Positions 16,891-26,530 of a DNA stretch of 64,000 nucleotides are shown here, piece by piece (the stretch's first letter is position 1; each line of letters begins with the position of its first letter). The position numbers and the translations under genes were made by a program. The notes beneath the pieces are model-generated. The model was not told where the DNA came from, did not search any database, and worked only from the letters and a program-made list of their open reading frames with translations. The DNA lies in assembly GCA_029099845.1 (NCBI GenBank), contig JAQXOT010000019.1:13733-77732 (forward strand), in the 5' to 3' direction. This DNA comes from a bacterium. GTDB lineage: Bacteria; Bacillota_I; Bacilli_A; RF39; UBA660.

Positions 16891-19260
16891 ATGATTAGTT
16901 TAGAGTGGGTAAAAGATTATATTGATATTAGTGATCAAGATTTAGAAGCTTTGGCAGTTAAGATTACTAAGGCTGGAATTAATGTTGAAAAGGTTATTAC
17001 TAATCATATTAATAATTTAGTAATTGGAGAAGTTGTTTCTTGCATTCCACATCCGGATAGTGATCATATGCATGTTTGTATGGTTAATGTTGGTTCTGAG
17101 GAACTTCAACAAATTGTTTGTGGAGCAGCAAATGTTCGTGAGGGAATTAAGGTTATAGTAGCGCTTCCTGGTGCTATACTACCAGGGGATTTTGTTATTA
17201 AAAAAAGTAAAATTCGTGGTGTTGAATCTAATGGAATGATTTGTGCACTATTTGAACTTGGTCTTGAAGAAAAGACGGAGGAAAACTACGCAAGAGGAAT
17301 TGAAGAATTAGGAGCTGATGCACAGGTTGGAGAAGATCCTATTTCTTATTTGGGTTTAGATGATACTTTGTATGAGCTTGATATTCATAAGCATCGTAAT
17401 AATGATTGCTATTATCATATTGGTTTTGCTTATGAGATTGGAGCAATTTTAAATAGAAAAGTTACTTTGCCAGCACTTGACTTTCATGAGACAAATGATT
17501 CGATAGATAACCATTTTAAACTTGCTGTTGAAACAAAAAAATGTCCATATTATTTAGCTAGAATGGTAACTGATGTTAAGATTGGTGAGAGTCCAGATTT
17601 TATTAAAAGAAGATTAATTGCTGCTGGAATGCGTCCAATTAATAATGTGGTTGATATTTCTAATTATGTTATGCTTGAATTTGGGCAACCTTTACACTTC
17701 TTTGATAAAGATAAGTTAGGTGATTTAATTGTAGTTAGAGATGCAACTGACTTAGAAAAAGTAGTTACTTTAGATGGTAAAGAAAGAACCCTTACTAGTA
17801 AAGATATTGTTATTACTGATGGGGAAAAGCCTGTATGTATCGCGGGAGTTATGGGTGGAGAAAATACTGAAGTTGACGCCAATACAACTAATATTTTGAT
17901 TGAAGCAGCAATATTTGATGCAGTTAGTATTAGATATACGGCGAATAATTTAGATCTTAAGAGCGAGGCTTCTATTAGATATGGTAAAGGGCTAAGTTAT
18001 GAATATACAGAAATGGCAATTAAAAGAGCTTGTCATTTACTAGAAAAGTATGCTGGTGCTAAAGTATTGTCTGGTGTAGTAAAATATGATGTTTTAGATA
18101 AAACTCCTAAAAAAGTAGAATTTTTCCCAGAAGATGTTAATAAGATGCTTGGAATTACTATTAGTGAAGAGGATATGAAAGTTGAGCTTTCACGATTAGA
18201 ATTTGATTATGAATTAGTAAATGGTAAATTTATTGTTACTATTCCTTCTAGAAGATTAGATATTGATCCTAATGTCAATGATATCGCTGAAGAAATAGGT
18301 AGACTTTATGGCTATCATAATCTTGTAAGTACTATTCCTACTGTTCCTATTAGACGTGGAGAATATGTTGGTGATGTTAAATATCGTAAAATTTTATCTA
18401 AAAGGCTTCGCAGTCTTGGATTAAATGAAGTAAAAACATATACTTTAGTTTCTAAAGAAATGGCTAATTTGTATGATGATGGGCGTGAAAATGCTATTTT
18501 ACCTAATCCAATGAGTAGCGATAAAAGTGTTATTAGGACAACACTTATTCCTTCATTATTAAATGTTTATGATTATAATAAAAAGCGTAAAGTAAAAGAT
18601 ATTTGTTTGTATGAAATTGCTAAAACTTATGATAAAAAATATAATGAAGTAAGTTTAGTTACGGGATTAGTTTCTGGTAATTATGTTAACAATGGTTGGT
18701 CTAAACCAGTTAAATATGATTTTTATGTTTTAAAAGGTATTGTTGAAAATATTTTAAATTATATGGGATTTAAGAATAGGTATAGTTTTGAAGTTAGTAA
18801 AGCATCAATACTTCATCCAGGAGTTAGTGCTGATATCTTACTTGATAGACAAAAAATTGGTATTATGGGAAGAATACACCCAAATGTTTCTAAGGATGAA
18901 ATTTATGTTTTTGAATTTTCAATGAATGCTTTAATAACTAAAATTAAACCATTAAAATATAAAGAAGCACCAAAGTATCCAGGAATGGAAAAGGATATGG
19001 CCTTTATTTTAGATAAGGATATTCCAGCAGGAGAAGTAGTAAATACTATAAAGAAAGCTGGTGGCAGATTACTTGATACAGTAACTGTATTTGATGTTTA
19101 TATGGGTGATAATGTTGATAGTAATAAGAAATCACTTGCATTTAATGTTAAATTTGTTGATCCTTTACGTACTTTAACAGAAGAAGAAGTTATGAAATCA
19201 TTTAATCAAATAGTAGAAAAAGTAGTAAGTACACATAATGCCATATTACGTGATAAGTAG
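16891..19260 (+). CDS. pheT: Phenylalanine--tRNA ligase beta subunit
   Basis: QIVCGAANV, IRGVESNGMIC, INNVVDISNYVMLEFGQPLHFFD; start ATG 16891 behind AAAGGAG. Confidence 0.98.
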   Translation: MISLEWVKDYIDISDQDLEALAVKITKAGINVEKVITNHINNLVIGEVVSCIPHPDSDHMHVCMVNVGSEELQQIVCGAANVREGIKVIVALPGAILPGDFVIKKSKIRGVESNGMICALFELGLEEKTEENYARGIEELGADAQVGEDPISYLGLDDTLYELDIHKHRNNDCYYHIGFAYEIGAILNRKVTLPALDFHETNDSIDNHFKLAVETKKCPYYLARMVTDVKIGESPDFIKRRLIAAGMRPINNVVDISNYVMLEFGQPLHFFDKDKLGDLIVVRDATDLEKVVTLDGKERTLTSKDIVITDGEKPVCIAGVMGGENTEVDANTTNILIEAAIFDAVSIRYTANNLDLKSEASIRYGKGLSYEYTEMAIKRACHLLEKYAGAKVLSGVVKYDVLDKTPKKVEFFPEDVNKMLGITISEEDMKVELSRLEFDYELVNGKFIVTIPSRRLDIDPNVNDIAEEIGRLYGYHNLVSTIPTVPIRRGEYVGDVKYRKILSKRLRSLGLNEVKTYTLVSKEMANLYDDGRENAILPNPMSSDKSVIRTTLIPSLLNVYDYNKKRKVKDICLYEIAKTYDKKYNEVSLVTGLVSGNYVNNGWSKPVKYDFYVLKGIVENILNYMGFKNRYSFEVSKASILHPGVSADILLDRQKIGIMGRIHPNVSKDEIYVFEFSMNALITKIKPLKYKEAPKYPGMEKDMAFILDKDIPAGEVVNTIKKAGGRLLDTVTVFDVYMGDNVDSNKKSLAFNVKFVDPLRTLTEEEVMKSFNQIVEKVVSTHNAILRDK

Positions 19261-19264
19261 ATAT

Positions 19265-19299
19265 AAAAAAGCCTCTAGATTATTTCTTCTAGAGGCTTT
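19265..19299. terminator. Bidirectional terminator pheT/sspI
   Basis: AAAGCCTCTAGA-loop-TCTAGAGGCTTT. Confidence 0.8.
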
Positions 19300-19522
19300 A
19301 ATTAGTATTAAGACCTTTTTCAACACGTTTTTTGATGATTTCAATTAATTCGTTTTTTAGCTCTTGATCAGCATTTTCCCAAATAATTTCTAAAAAAACG
19401 CCGAGTCCTGGCAATGTTACTTCATCTTGTGATGCAACAGATTCATCAATGGCTCTTTTTAAAGTATCATAGTCATCTCCTTTAAAATTATTTATAATAT
19501 GTTCTCTAATGTTCATATCCAT
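19298..19522 (-). CDS. sspI: Small acid-soluble spore protein SspI
   Basis: IREHIINNFKG...IDESV...EVTLPGLGVFLEIIW; SD AAGGAGG; near pheS and a TrmH gene as in Bacillus. Confidence 0.92.
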   Translation of the reverse strand: MDMNIREHIINNFKGDDYDTLKRAIDESVASQDEVTLPGLGVFLEIIWENADQELKNELIEIIKKRVEKGLNTN

Positions 19523-19540
19523 AATTTGCCTCCTTAATTA

Positions 19541-19570
19541 TATATTGTTTAGTTTTATTATGTTTTATTC
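19541..19570 (-). promoter_or_regulatory. sigma-G type forespore promoter of sspI
   Basis: On the minus strand GAATA-N18-CAATATA fits the GHATR-N18-CAWWHTA consensus. Confidence 0.6.
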
Positions 19571-19619
19571 ATTTTTAGATGACTTTTCTTTTTTTTATTT
19601 CTATTGTACAATATTGGTG

Positions 19620-20267
19620 GTGATAAACTTGAAGTTAAATGTCGATTCTAAATATTATGAGATAGTTGTAGAGCGAAAAAGTGGTAATAGGAATACTTAT
19701 ATTAGAGTGAAGCCTGATATGACTATTTTAGTTACAACTAATAAATTTACTAGTAATAAAGCAATTGAAAAATTAATTACCGATAATTATTCTAAAATTG
19801 CAAAGATGATTAATGTCCAAGAAAAAAAGAAAGATAATAATGAAGGATTTAATTATTTAGGTAAGCAATATGATATAGTTTATGTTGAATATTGTGATAT
19901 ATCATTTGGAAATGAAAAGGTTTTTTTAAATAAGAAATTGGATGTTGATAAATGGTATAAGGAGCAAGCTAAAAAAATATTTTTAGAGCATTTAAATAAA
20001 GTCTATGAAAGGTTTTCACGAAAGATTCCATATCCTGATTTAAAAATTAGAAAGATGACTAGCAGATGGGGTGTTTGTAATACTAAGACTAAGACAATTA
20101 CTTTAAATTTAGAATTGATTAAAAGGGATACTAAGTATTTAGATTACGTTATTGTACATGAATTATCACATTTGATACATGCGAATCATTCAAGTGCTTT
20201 TTGGGGTTTAGTAGAGGAAAATATGCCTGAATATAAGGAATATCGAAAGGAGATGAAGGAATTTTGA
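19620..20267 (+). CDS. YgjP/SprT-like (M48/DUF45) metal-dependent hydrolase
   Basis: IRKMTSRWGVC, LNLELIK, YVIVHELSHLIHANHS..FW. Start moved to GTG 19620 because track start 19509 overlaps sspI. Confidence 0.88.
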   Translation: MINLKLNVDSKYYEIVVERKSGNRNTYIRVKPDMTILVTTNKFTSNKAIEKLITDNYSKIAKMINVQEKKKDNNEGFNYLGKQYDIVYVEYCDISFGNEKVFLNKKLDVDKWYKEQAKKIFLEHLNKVYERFSRKIPYPDLKIRKMTSRWGVCNTKTKTITLNLELIKRDTKYLDYVIVHELSHLIHANHSSAFWGLVEENMPEYKEYRKEMKEF

Positions 20268-21001
20268 TGGTAATAACTAGTTTAGATAATGATAAAGTAA
20301 AAAAATATAGAAAATTACAAAAGAAAAAATATCGTGATGAGTATGGAGAGTATATAGTAGAGGGACTACATTTAATATTAGAAGCCTATAAAACTGGAGT
20401 TTTAGAAGAACTTATTTTAGAAGAGGGTGTTGATTTACCTGTCGCGGGACCTTATACTTACTTTTCTAAAGAAATTATGAGTAAAATATCAACAATGGAT
20501 ACGCCTAGTAGTATTATGGGCTTGTGTCGTAAAATTAAAAGTGATGAGGTTAAAGGAAATAAAATATTGATTTTAGATGGAATTCAAGATCCTGGTAATT
20601 TGGGAACTATAATTAGGAGTGCGGTAGCTTTTAATGTTGATACAATTGTATTAAGTGAGAATACGGTTGATTTATATAATCCTAAAGTTTTGCGGGCAAC
20701 ACAGGGGATGTTCTTTCACATAAATATTATTAATTGTTTAGCTTTTGAAGTTATTTCAATGTTACAAAATATTGATATTCCAGTATATGGAACTAGTGTA
20801 TTAAATGGTGTTGATGTTAGGACGCTTACAAAAGATGATAAAGATGCATTCGCTTTGGTTGTTGGAAATGAAGGTAGTGGTGTAAGATCAGATATTTTAG
20901 CGGTTTGTGATAAAAATCTTTATATACAGATGAATAAAAACGTGGAAAGTTTGAATGTAGCAATTGCTGCTAGTATATTACTTTATGAATTGGGGAGATA
21001 A
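20264..21001 (+). CDS. TrmH/SpoU family RNA 2'-O-methyltransferase
   Basis: LDGIQDPGNLGTIIRSA, VVGNEGSGV, ESLNVAIAASILLYE. Confidence 0.95.
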   Translation: MMVITSLDNDKVKKYRKLQKKKYRDEYGEYIVEGLHLILEAYKTGVLEELILEEGVDLPVAGPYTYFSKEIMSKISTMDTPSSIMGLCRKIKSDEVKGNKILILDGIQDPGNLGTIIRSAVAFNVDTIVLSENTVDLYNPKVLRATQGMFFHINIINCLAFEVISMLQNIDIPVYGTSVLNGVDVRTLTKDDKDAFALVVGNEGSGVRSDILAVCDKNLYIQMNKNVESLNVAIAASILLYELGR

Positions 21002-21003
21002 TA

Positions 21004-21483
21004 ATGAGAGAAATTTATATTGGTAGAATTGTATCAACTCATGGGATTAAGGGAGAAATAAAAATAATTAGTGATTTTGAATATAATGATAAGGTTTTTG
21101 TAGTTGGGAAAAGATTAATTATTGATCATAAGCAATATGAGATTAAGAGTTATCGCAAGCATAAGCAGTTTGACATGGTTACTTTGGATGATTATAAGGA
21201 CATTAATGAAGTGTTATTTTTAATGAAAAAGAAGGTTTACATGTTAGAGGATGAGATAGAGCTTGGTAATTTAGTTTTGGATCAGGATTTATTGAATTAT
21301 TCTGTCTTGACGGTAGATGGAAAGTGTGGAATAATAAAAGAAATATTTTTTGGAAGTCCTAATAATAAATTATTACGAGTTATGTTTGACAAGGAAATTA
21401 TTATTCCATTTAATTCTCCTATGATTAAAGAAATTTCCAAGGAGAGAAAAGAAGTAGTTGTAGAACTTATTGAAGGGATGTAG
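21004..21483 (+). CDS. rimM: Ribosome maturation factor RimM
   Basis: IGRIVSTHGIKGEIKI; upstream of trmD. Confidence 0.93.
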   Translation: MREIYIGRIVSTHGIKGEIKIISDFEYNDKVFVVGKRLIIDHKQYEIKSYRKHKQFDMVTLDDYKDINEVLFLMKKKVYMLEDEIELGNLVLDQDLLNYSVLTVDGKCGIIKEIFFGSPNNKLLRVMFDKEIIIPFNSPMIKEISKERKEVVVELIEGM

Positions 21484-21488
21484 AATTA

Positions 21489-22154
21489 ATGATGAAGATT
21501 GATATATTGACACTTTTTCCTAATATGTATAAAGGTGTTTTTGATGAGTCAATTTTAAAAAGGGCTATTGATAATAAAAAAGTCCAAATAAGTATCCATA
21601 ATTTTCGAGATTATTCTTTGGATTTGCATCATAAAGTTGATGATACACCTTATGGTGGTGGAAATGGAATGGTTTTAACTTGTCAGCCAATCTTCGATTG
21701 CGTAAAAAAATTAAGAACTGATAAAACTAAGGTAATTTTATTAACACCGGATGGAGTTTTATATAAACAGAAGATGGCTTATGATTTGGCTAAGGAAGAA
21801 CATATAATTTTTATTTGTGGTCATTATGAAGGCTTTGATGAGAGAATTAGAAGTATTTGTGATTTAGAAATTAGTATTGGAGATTATATTCTTACTGGTG
21901 GAGAACTGGCTAGTATGGTTTTGGTAGATTCAATTGTGCGATTAATTCCGGGAGTGATTGAGGAAGGTTCCCATTTAAATGATTCTTTTAATGGCAATTT
22001 GCTGGATTATCCAACATATACTAAACCTAGAGTATATGAAGGCATGGAAGTACCCGAGGTATTATTATCTGGGGATCATAAAAAAATAGAACAATATCGT
22101 TATCAAGAAAGTTTGAAAAGAACTAAGGAAAGAAGACCGGATCTTTTGGATTAA
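21489..22154 (+). CDS. trmD: tRNA (guanine37-N1)-methyltransferase
   Basis: VDDTPYGGGNGMV, CGHYEGFDER, SIGDYILTGGEL. Confidence 0.98.
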   Translation: MMKIDILTLFPNMYKGVFDESILKRAIDNKKVQISIHNFRDYSLDLHHKVDDTPYGGGNGMVLTCQPIFDCVKKLRTDKTKVILLTPDGVLYKQKMAYDLAKEEHIIFICGHYEGFDERIRSICDLEISIGDYILTGGELASMVLVDSIVRLIPGVIEEGSHLNDSFNGNLLDYPTYTKPRVYEGMEVPEVLLSGDHKKIEQYRYQESLKRTKERRPDLLD

Positions 22155-22619
22155 GTGGGTGATAATATGTATCTTATTAGGCGGGAGAAGAAAAACAAGA
22201 AGAAAATATATACTTTAAATGTTTGTGAATTAGAAAAATTGAGTAGTTTTCTAATGCCTGCTAGAGCTAATGGTTTTACTATTTGTGGTCAAAGAATTAC
22301 TGATGTTAGAATTTTTGATGTTATTTTAGCTAGACCTATGGTTACTAAAGTGGTTAGTAAAAAATATAAAAAGTTAATTTCTTTAGTGACAGAATTATTA
22401 ATTAGTGATGATGATACTGGTGATTCTTATATGTTGGCATTGACCGAAATGGAAAAGTTTCGTCAAGAGATTAAGAATAAATACCGAGTATTTTTAGAGC
22501 AGAAAGAACTAAACTTTATGGCTAAACAGCTTAGTGTTTTGAAAAAACAAGCTAAAAATCAGTTACTTGATGTACAAAATAGTATGGTAATTAGTAATAC
22601 GTCTTCCAAAAATAGGTAA
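22155..22619 (+). CDS. Hypothetical protein
   Basis: About 150-aa ORF abutting trmD; probable start ATG 22167 behind GGGTGA. Confidence 0.7.
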   Translation: MGDNMYLIRREKKNKKKIYTLNVCELEKLSSFLMPARANGFTICGQRITDVRIFDVILARPMVTKVVSKKYKKLISLVTELLISDDDTGDSYMLALTEMEKFRQEIKNKYRVFLEQKELNFMAKQLSVLKKQAKNQLLDVQNSMVISNTSSKNR

Positions 22620-22680
22620 AATAATAGTTTTTCATTGCAAAAAGTTTTGGAGTGTGGTATACTCTTGGTTGTCAGTTGAG

Positions 22681-22713
22681 ATGATCCGCTTTTCATATTG
22701 GGAATATGATCAT
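22681..22713 (+). promoter_or_regulatory. L19 leader
   Basis: ATGATC-CGCTTTT-CATATT-ggg-AATATG-ATCAT nested stem upstream of rplS, after a TTGCAA...TGnTATACT promoter. Confidence 0.65.
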
Positions 22714-22745
22714 TTTTAAATATACTTAGAGAGAGGAGAACTTAT

Positions 22746-23087
22746 ATGGCAAATATTCTTGACAAGATTAATGAAAAACAAATTAATCCTAATGTGCCTG
22801 ATTTCCGTGTTGGAGATACAGTAAGAGTTGACGTTAAAATTATCGAAGGAAAAAGAGAGCGTATTCAAGCTTTTGAAGGTGTTGTAGTTGCTCGCCGTGG
22901 TGGTTCAGTTTCTGAGACATTTACAGTACGTAAGGTATCAAGTGGTGTTGGAGTTGAAAGAACTTTCCCAGTAAATTCACCTAAACTAGCAGCTATTACA
23001 GTTGTTCGTAAAGGTAAAGTTAGACGTGCTAAACTTAATTTCCTTAAAGATAGAGTTGGCGGATACCGTATTAAAGAAAGAGATTAA
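22746..23087 (+). CDS. rplS: 50S ribosomal protein L19
   Basis: [31 protein letters not shown]. Confidence 0.98.
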   Translation: MANILDKINEKQINPNVPDFRVGDTVRVDVKIIEGKRERIQAFEGVVVARRGGSVSETFTVRKVSSGVGVERTFPVNSPKLAAITVVRKGKVRRAKLNFLKDRVGGYRIKERD

Positions 23088-23133
23088 AAAAATGAGGCCA
23101 AGTGCCTTATTTTTTGTTATATGAGGAGAAAAT

Positions 23134-23637
23134 ATGGAAAAGAAAAAAAGTGGGATTATTATGGAATATATACCTTATATTATCGTTATTGTTATTGCTG
23201 TTGTAATAAAGTTTTTTGTGGTTACCCCGATTAGAGTTAATGGCGAATCAATGATGAATACTTTGCATGATGGGGATATCATGGTTTTAAATGAAATTAG
23301 TTATAAGTTTTCTAGTATTAAAAGGTTTGATATAGTTGTTATTAAACATGATGATGAATACTTAATTAAAAGAGTTATTGGTCTTCCTGGTGAAGAAATT
23401 GAATATATTGATGGAAAATTATATGTAGATGGTGAGGAAATTGAAGAAACTTTTAACCATGAAATAACGGCAGATGTTTTAAAGATAAAAGTTCCTGATA
23501 ATGAATATTATGTTTTGGGGGATAATCGGATTAATTCAACAGATAGTAGAGTTATTGGGACTATTCCAATTAAGAATATAAAAGGAACGACCAGTTTAAC
23601 TATTTTTCCTTTTTCACGGTTTGGTAGAAAAAATTAA
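23134..23637 (+). CDS. lepB: Signal peptidase I
   Basis: VNGESMMNTL, LIKRVIGLPG, VLGDNRINSTDSR. Confidence 0.96.
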   Translation: MEKKKSGIIMEYIPYIIVIVIAVVIKFFVVTPIRVNGESMMNTLHDGDIMVLNEISYKFSSIKRFDIVVIKHDDEYLIKRVIGLPGEEIEYIDGKLYVDGEEIEETFNHEITADVLKIKVPDNEYYVLGDNRINSTDSRVIGTIPIKNIKGTTSLTIFPFSRFGRKN

Positions 23638-23649
23638 AAGTTTGATTAG

Positions 23650-23690
23650 TTAAAAAGCTTGTTTTGAAATTTCAAAATTAGCTTTTTTAA
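23650..23690 (+). terminator. Terminator after lepB (left edge of accessory insert)
   Basis: TTAAAAAGCT..TTTTGAA-at-TTCAAAA..AGCTTTTTTAA long stem. Confidence 0.7.
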
Positions 23691-23846
23691 TTGTAGAAAA
23701 TTAGTTTAATCTGTGTTATTATGAGATTAATTATTAGCTAAAAGAGTTAGATGAAATTATAATAGATAAAATAAGCTTTATAATTTTTATTGACAATATA
23801 GATATGGTGCTTTTATTTGAGCAAATAAAAAGGATGGTGGGTTAGA

Positions 23847-24776
23847 GTGCTTGATAATATTTTAAAAAGTTGTCAATATGTGGAACGCAATTTTAGGTAT
23901 GTAAAAATAAATTATCGTAATTTGGATGAAGTCATTAAAAAAATTAATGTTAAAAATTTAAAGTACTGGCTACAAAATAATCCTTATAATTTGTTTGATT
24001 TAGATATTTCTTTGATTATTAATTTTATGTTAATATTTGAAGCTATTGATTATTCTTTTTTTGGAGAAGTTAAGTGGAAAATAGATACTGAGTTTGGTGT
24101 TAAGGATGGTTCTGATGCGCTTTTTTTGGTTTTATTAAATTATGTGAAAAAAAATAATTCAACTGATTTTAGTGAACTTACTTTTTTGTCTTTTAAAGAA
24201 TTGTTTAAGGGAAATGGTGAATTACCTTTACTTGAAGAAAGATATAATACAGTAGTAGAAGTTAGCAAAATTGTTAATGAAAAAATGAATGGTAATTTTT
24301 ATGAGTATATCTATGATGTGAAAAGTGATATAGAATTATTTGAAATTATTATTACTAATTTTCCATCTTTTACTGATGAACGCTGGTATGATGGAAAGAA
24401 AATTTATTTTTATAAATTGGCTCAGTTATTAGTATCAGATATATTACATTTAAGACAGATAATAGAGAAAATTGATGTTGATTATTCTCATTTGGTTGGT
24501 TGTGCTGATTATAAAATTCCACAGACCATGCGAGCATTAGAGATTATTGAGTATAATGATGATTTGGCTAAATTAGTAGATAACAAGAAAGAACTTGAAG
24601 CCTCTTCTAGATATGAAGTAGAAATAAGAGCTAGTGTGATTGTAGTTATTAATTATATAAAAGAAAAATTACCTGAGGCAAAAGCGATTGATATAAATGA
24701 TTATTTTTTTCTTCTGGCAAGAGATGTAAAAGATATTGCTAGACCATATCATTTGTGTCGAAATGTAAATTACTAG
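23847..24776 (+). CDS. Queuosine salvage family protein (Q_salvage/DUF2419, Qng1-like N-glycosylase)
   Basis: FPSFTDE...IYFYKLAQLLVSDI, ADYKIPQTMRAL.II.Y, EVEIRAS, INDYFF motifs. Confidence 0.85.
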   Translation: MLDNILKSCQYVERNFRYVKINYRNLDEVIKKINVKNLKYWLQNNPYNLFDLDISLIINFMLIFEAIDYSFFGEVKWKIDTEFGVKDGSDALFLVLLNYVKKNNSTDFSELTFLSFKELFKGNGELPLLEERYNTVVEVSKIVNEKMNGNFYEYIYDVKSDIELFEIIITNFPSFTDERWYDGKKIYFYKLAQLLVSDILHLRQIIEKIDVDYSHLVGCADYKIPQTMRALEIIEYNDDLAKLVDNKKELEASSRYEVEIRASVIVVINYIKEKLPEAKAIDINDYFFLLARDVKDIARPYHLCRNVNY

Positions 24777-24840
24777 AGCAAACGAGAAATTTGTAAATAG
24801 GACTAATAATAAATGTGATTTGTGGTAATGAGAGGTAGAA

Positions 24841-25668
24841 ATGGAAAAAACTGATTATATAATAAAAGTTAATAAATATTTTTCTAATGATATAACTAGG
24901 AGAAGGTTTATTGAGCAAATTGAAGAATTTTTTAATTATGATGAGGAAAATCAACATAGTTATGAAATTGATGACGATGTAGTTTTAACTAAAAATTGTT
25001 ATTTGCATGGATCTAGAATTAAACTAGATAAATTAAAAGAAATTGCAAAAGTGGGAATTATTTCAATAGATTTTCTTGAAGAGGCTAACTATAGCAAAAA
25101 GAAACCTTTTGTAGTTGAATTTTTTAATGTAGAAAAAGATATGTTGTTGAAGGAATTTTTGGATGTTAGATGTGGGGTAACTATTGAATTTATGGAAAGT
25201 GATGGAAAGATTAAAAATAAGGTTATTTCCAGTATAAGAGATATTGAAAATAAAATTAAGATAGAAAGAAATTTTAGAGATTATATTATCTTTCAAAATC
25301 AAGAGCAAATGTTTATTCCAAATAACTATATAGATAATGGTAGTAATTTTGCTTTTATAATTAGAAACGACAGTGAAAATAAAGCCAGGCTTTTAGTAAA
25401 TGATATATTTGATATTAATTTTGATCAAAATATTTTAAAAGATATTGTTCCTCAATGGTTTTATGAGAAATATTTAAAGGAGAGAAATTTTGATAATAAT
25501 GAAACAGGTAGGGAAAAGGCAATATTATTTGGAATTCCTTCAAAAATGATAGAAGGTATTATTGTTAGCCGGGAAATTGAAAAAAATATAGATGATTTGA
25601 AATTTATAAAAAGTTGTTTTAGAAATTGCTATATATGTAATGTAGATGGAAAAGTTATACTAAAGTAA
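24841..25668 (+). CDS. Hypothetical protein, possible ADP-ribosyltransferase-like fold
   Basis: 275-aa ORF with SD GAGAGG; YLHGS...L..I.K.GIIS near the N-terminus. Fold call is tentative. Confidence 0.55.
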   Translation: MEKTDYIIKVNKYFSNDITRRRFIEQIEEFFNYDEENQHSYEIDDDVVLTKNCYLHGSRIKLDKLKEIAKVGIISIDFLEEANYSKKKPFVVEFFNVEKDMLLKEFLDVRCGVTIEFMESDGKIKNKVISSIRDIENKIKIERNFRDYIIFQNQEQMFIPNNYIDNGSNFAFIIRNDSENKARLLVNDIFDINFDQNILKDIVPQWFYEKYLKERNFDNNETGREKAILFGIPSKMIEGIIVSREIEKNIDDLKFIKSCFRNCYICNVDGKVILK

Positions 25669-25744
25669 AAAGTAATAGATAATAGCTTTTTATTTAGTGA
25701 GCGGTAAAAAATAAGAAAATTATGATATATAATGTAGTTGGAGT

Positions 25745-26530
25745 GTGATTTATATGCATCTAATGAAATTACAAGAAAAATATTTTGATTATATAAAATA
25801 TGGAACAAAGCAGTATGAAGTGCGATTAAATGATGAAAAAAGGAAAAAAATCAAAAAAGGTGATTTGATTGAATTTTCAAAGGAACCATTACAAGAAGAA
25901 AAAATGATTTATGAGGTAGAGGATTTAATATATTTTAAAAATTTTGAAGATGTAGTTAGAAAAATAGATATTAAATTATTAGCTTCAGAAGATGAATCTA
26001 TACAGAACTTTTTAGATTCTTTAAATCAATTTTATAAAAAAGAAGAGCAAGATAAATATGGGGTTGTTGTGATAAAATTACGAAAGAATTTTGATTTTGT
26101 GATTGAAAAAAATTACTTATCAACAATTAGTAGTAATGATAATATATTTAAAAGAGTAAAAGATAATTATGCTAATTTTTCAGAATGGTATTTAAAGTTG
26201 TGTAATGAAAATGAAGAATGCTATTTTACAAAAAAAGATAACAAAGTAACTTCAATATTAATTTTAAAAATAAATGAGAATGATTCACAGCAAATATATG
26301 AAAAGAATGTTTTAAAAATTAGAACGTTAGATGTATTAGATAATAGTAAAGGGATAGGAAAATTTTATTTAAAGATTGTTAATGATATTGCATTAGCAAA
26401 TAATATTAATATGGTTTATGTTACTTGTAAAAAAAATAATGATCAATTTATTAAATTTATTAAAAATAATAAATTTAAGTTAGATAAAGAAATAGCTGAT
26501 GAAATGGTATTTATTAAGGAGATATTATGA
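25745..26530 (+). CDS. ASCH domain fused to GNAT-like acetyltransferase domain
   Basis: N-term HLMKLQEKYFDYIKYGTKQYEVRLNDEKRKKIKKGDLIEF (ASCH); C-term LKIRTLDV...KGIGK...VYVT (GNAT-like). Confidence 0.8.
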   Translation: MIYMHLMKLQEKYFDYIKYGTKQYEVRLNDEKRKKIKKGDLIEFSKEPLQEEKMIYEVEDLIYFKNFEDVVRKIDIKLLASEDESIQNFLDSLNQFYKKEEQDKYGVVVIKLRKNFDFVIEKNYLSTISSNDNIFKRVKDNYANFSEWYLKLCNENEECYFTKKDNKVTSILILKINENDSQQIYEKNVLKIRTLDVLDNSKGIGKFYLKIVNDIALANNINMVYVTCKKNNDQFIKFIKNNKFKLDKEIADEMVFIKEIL

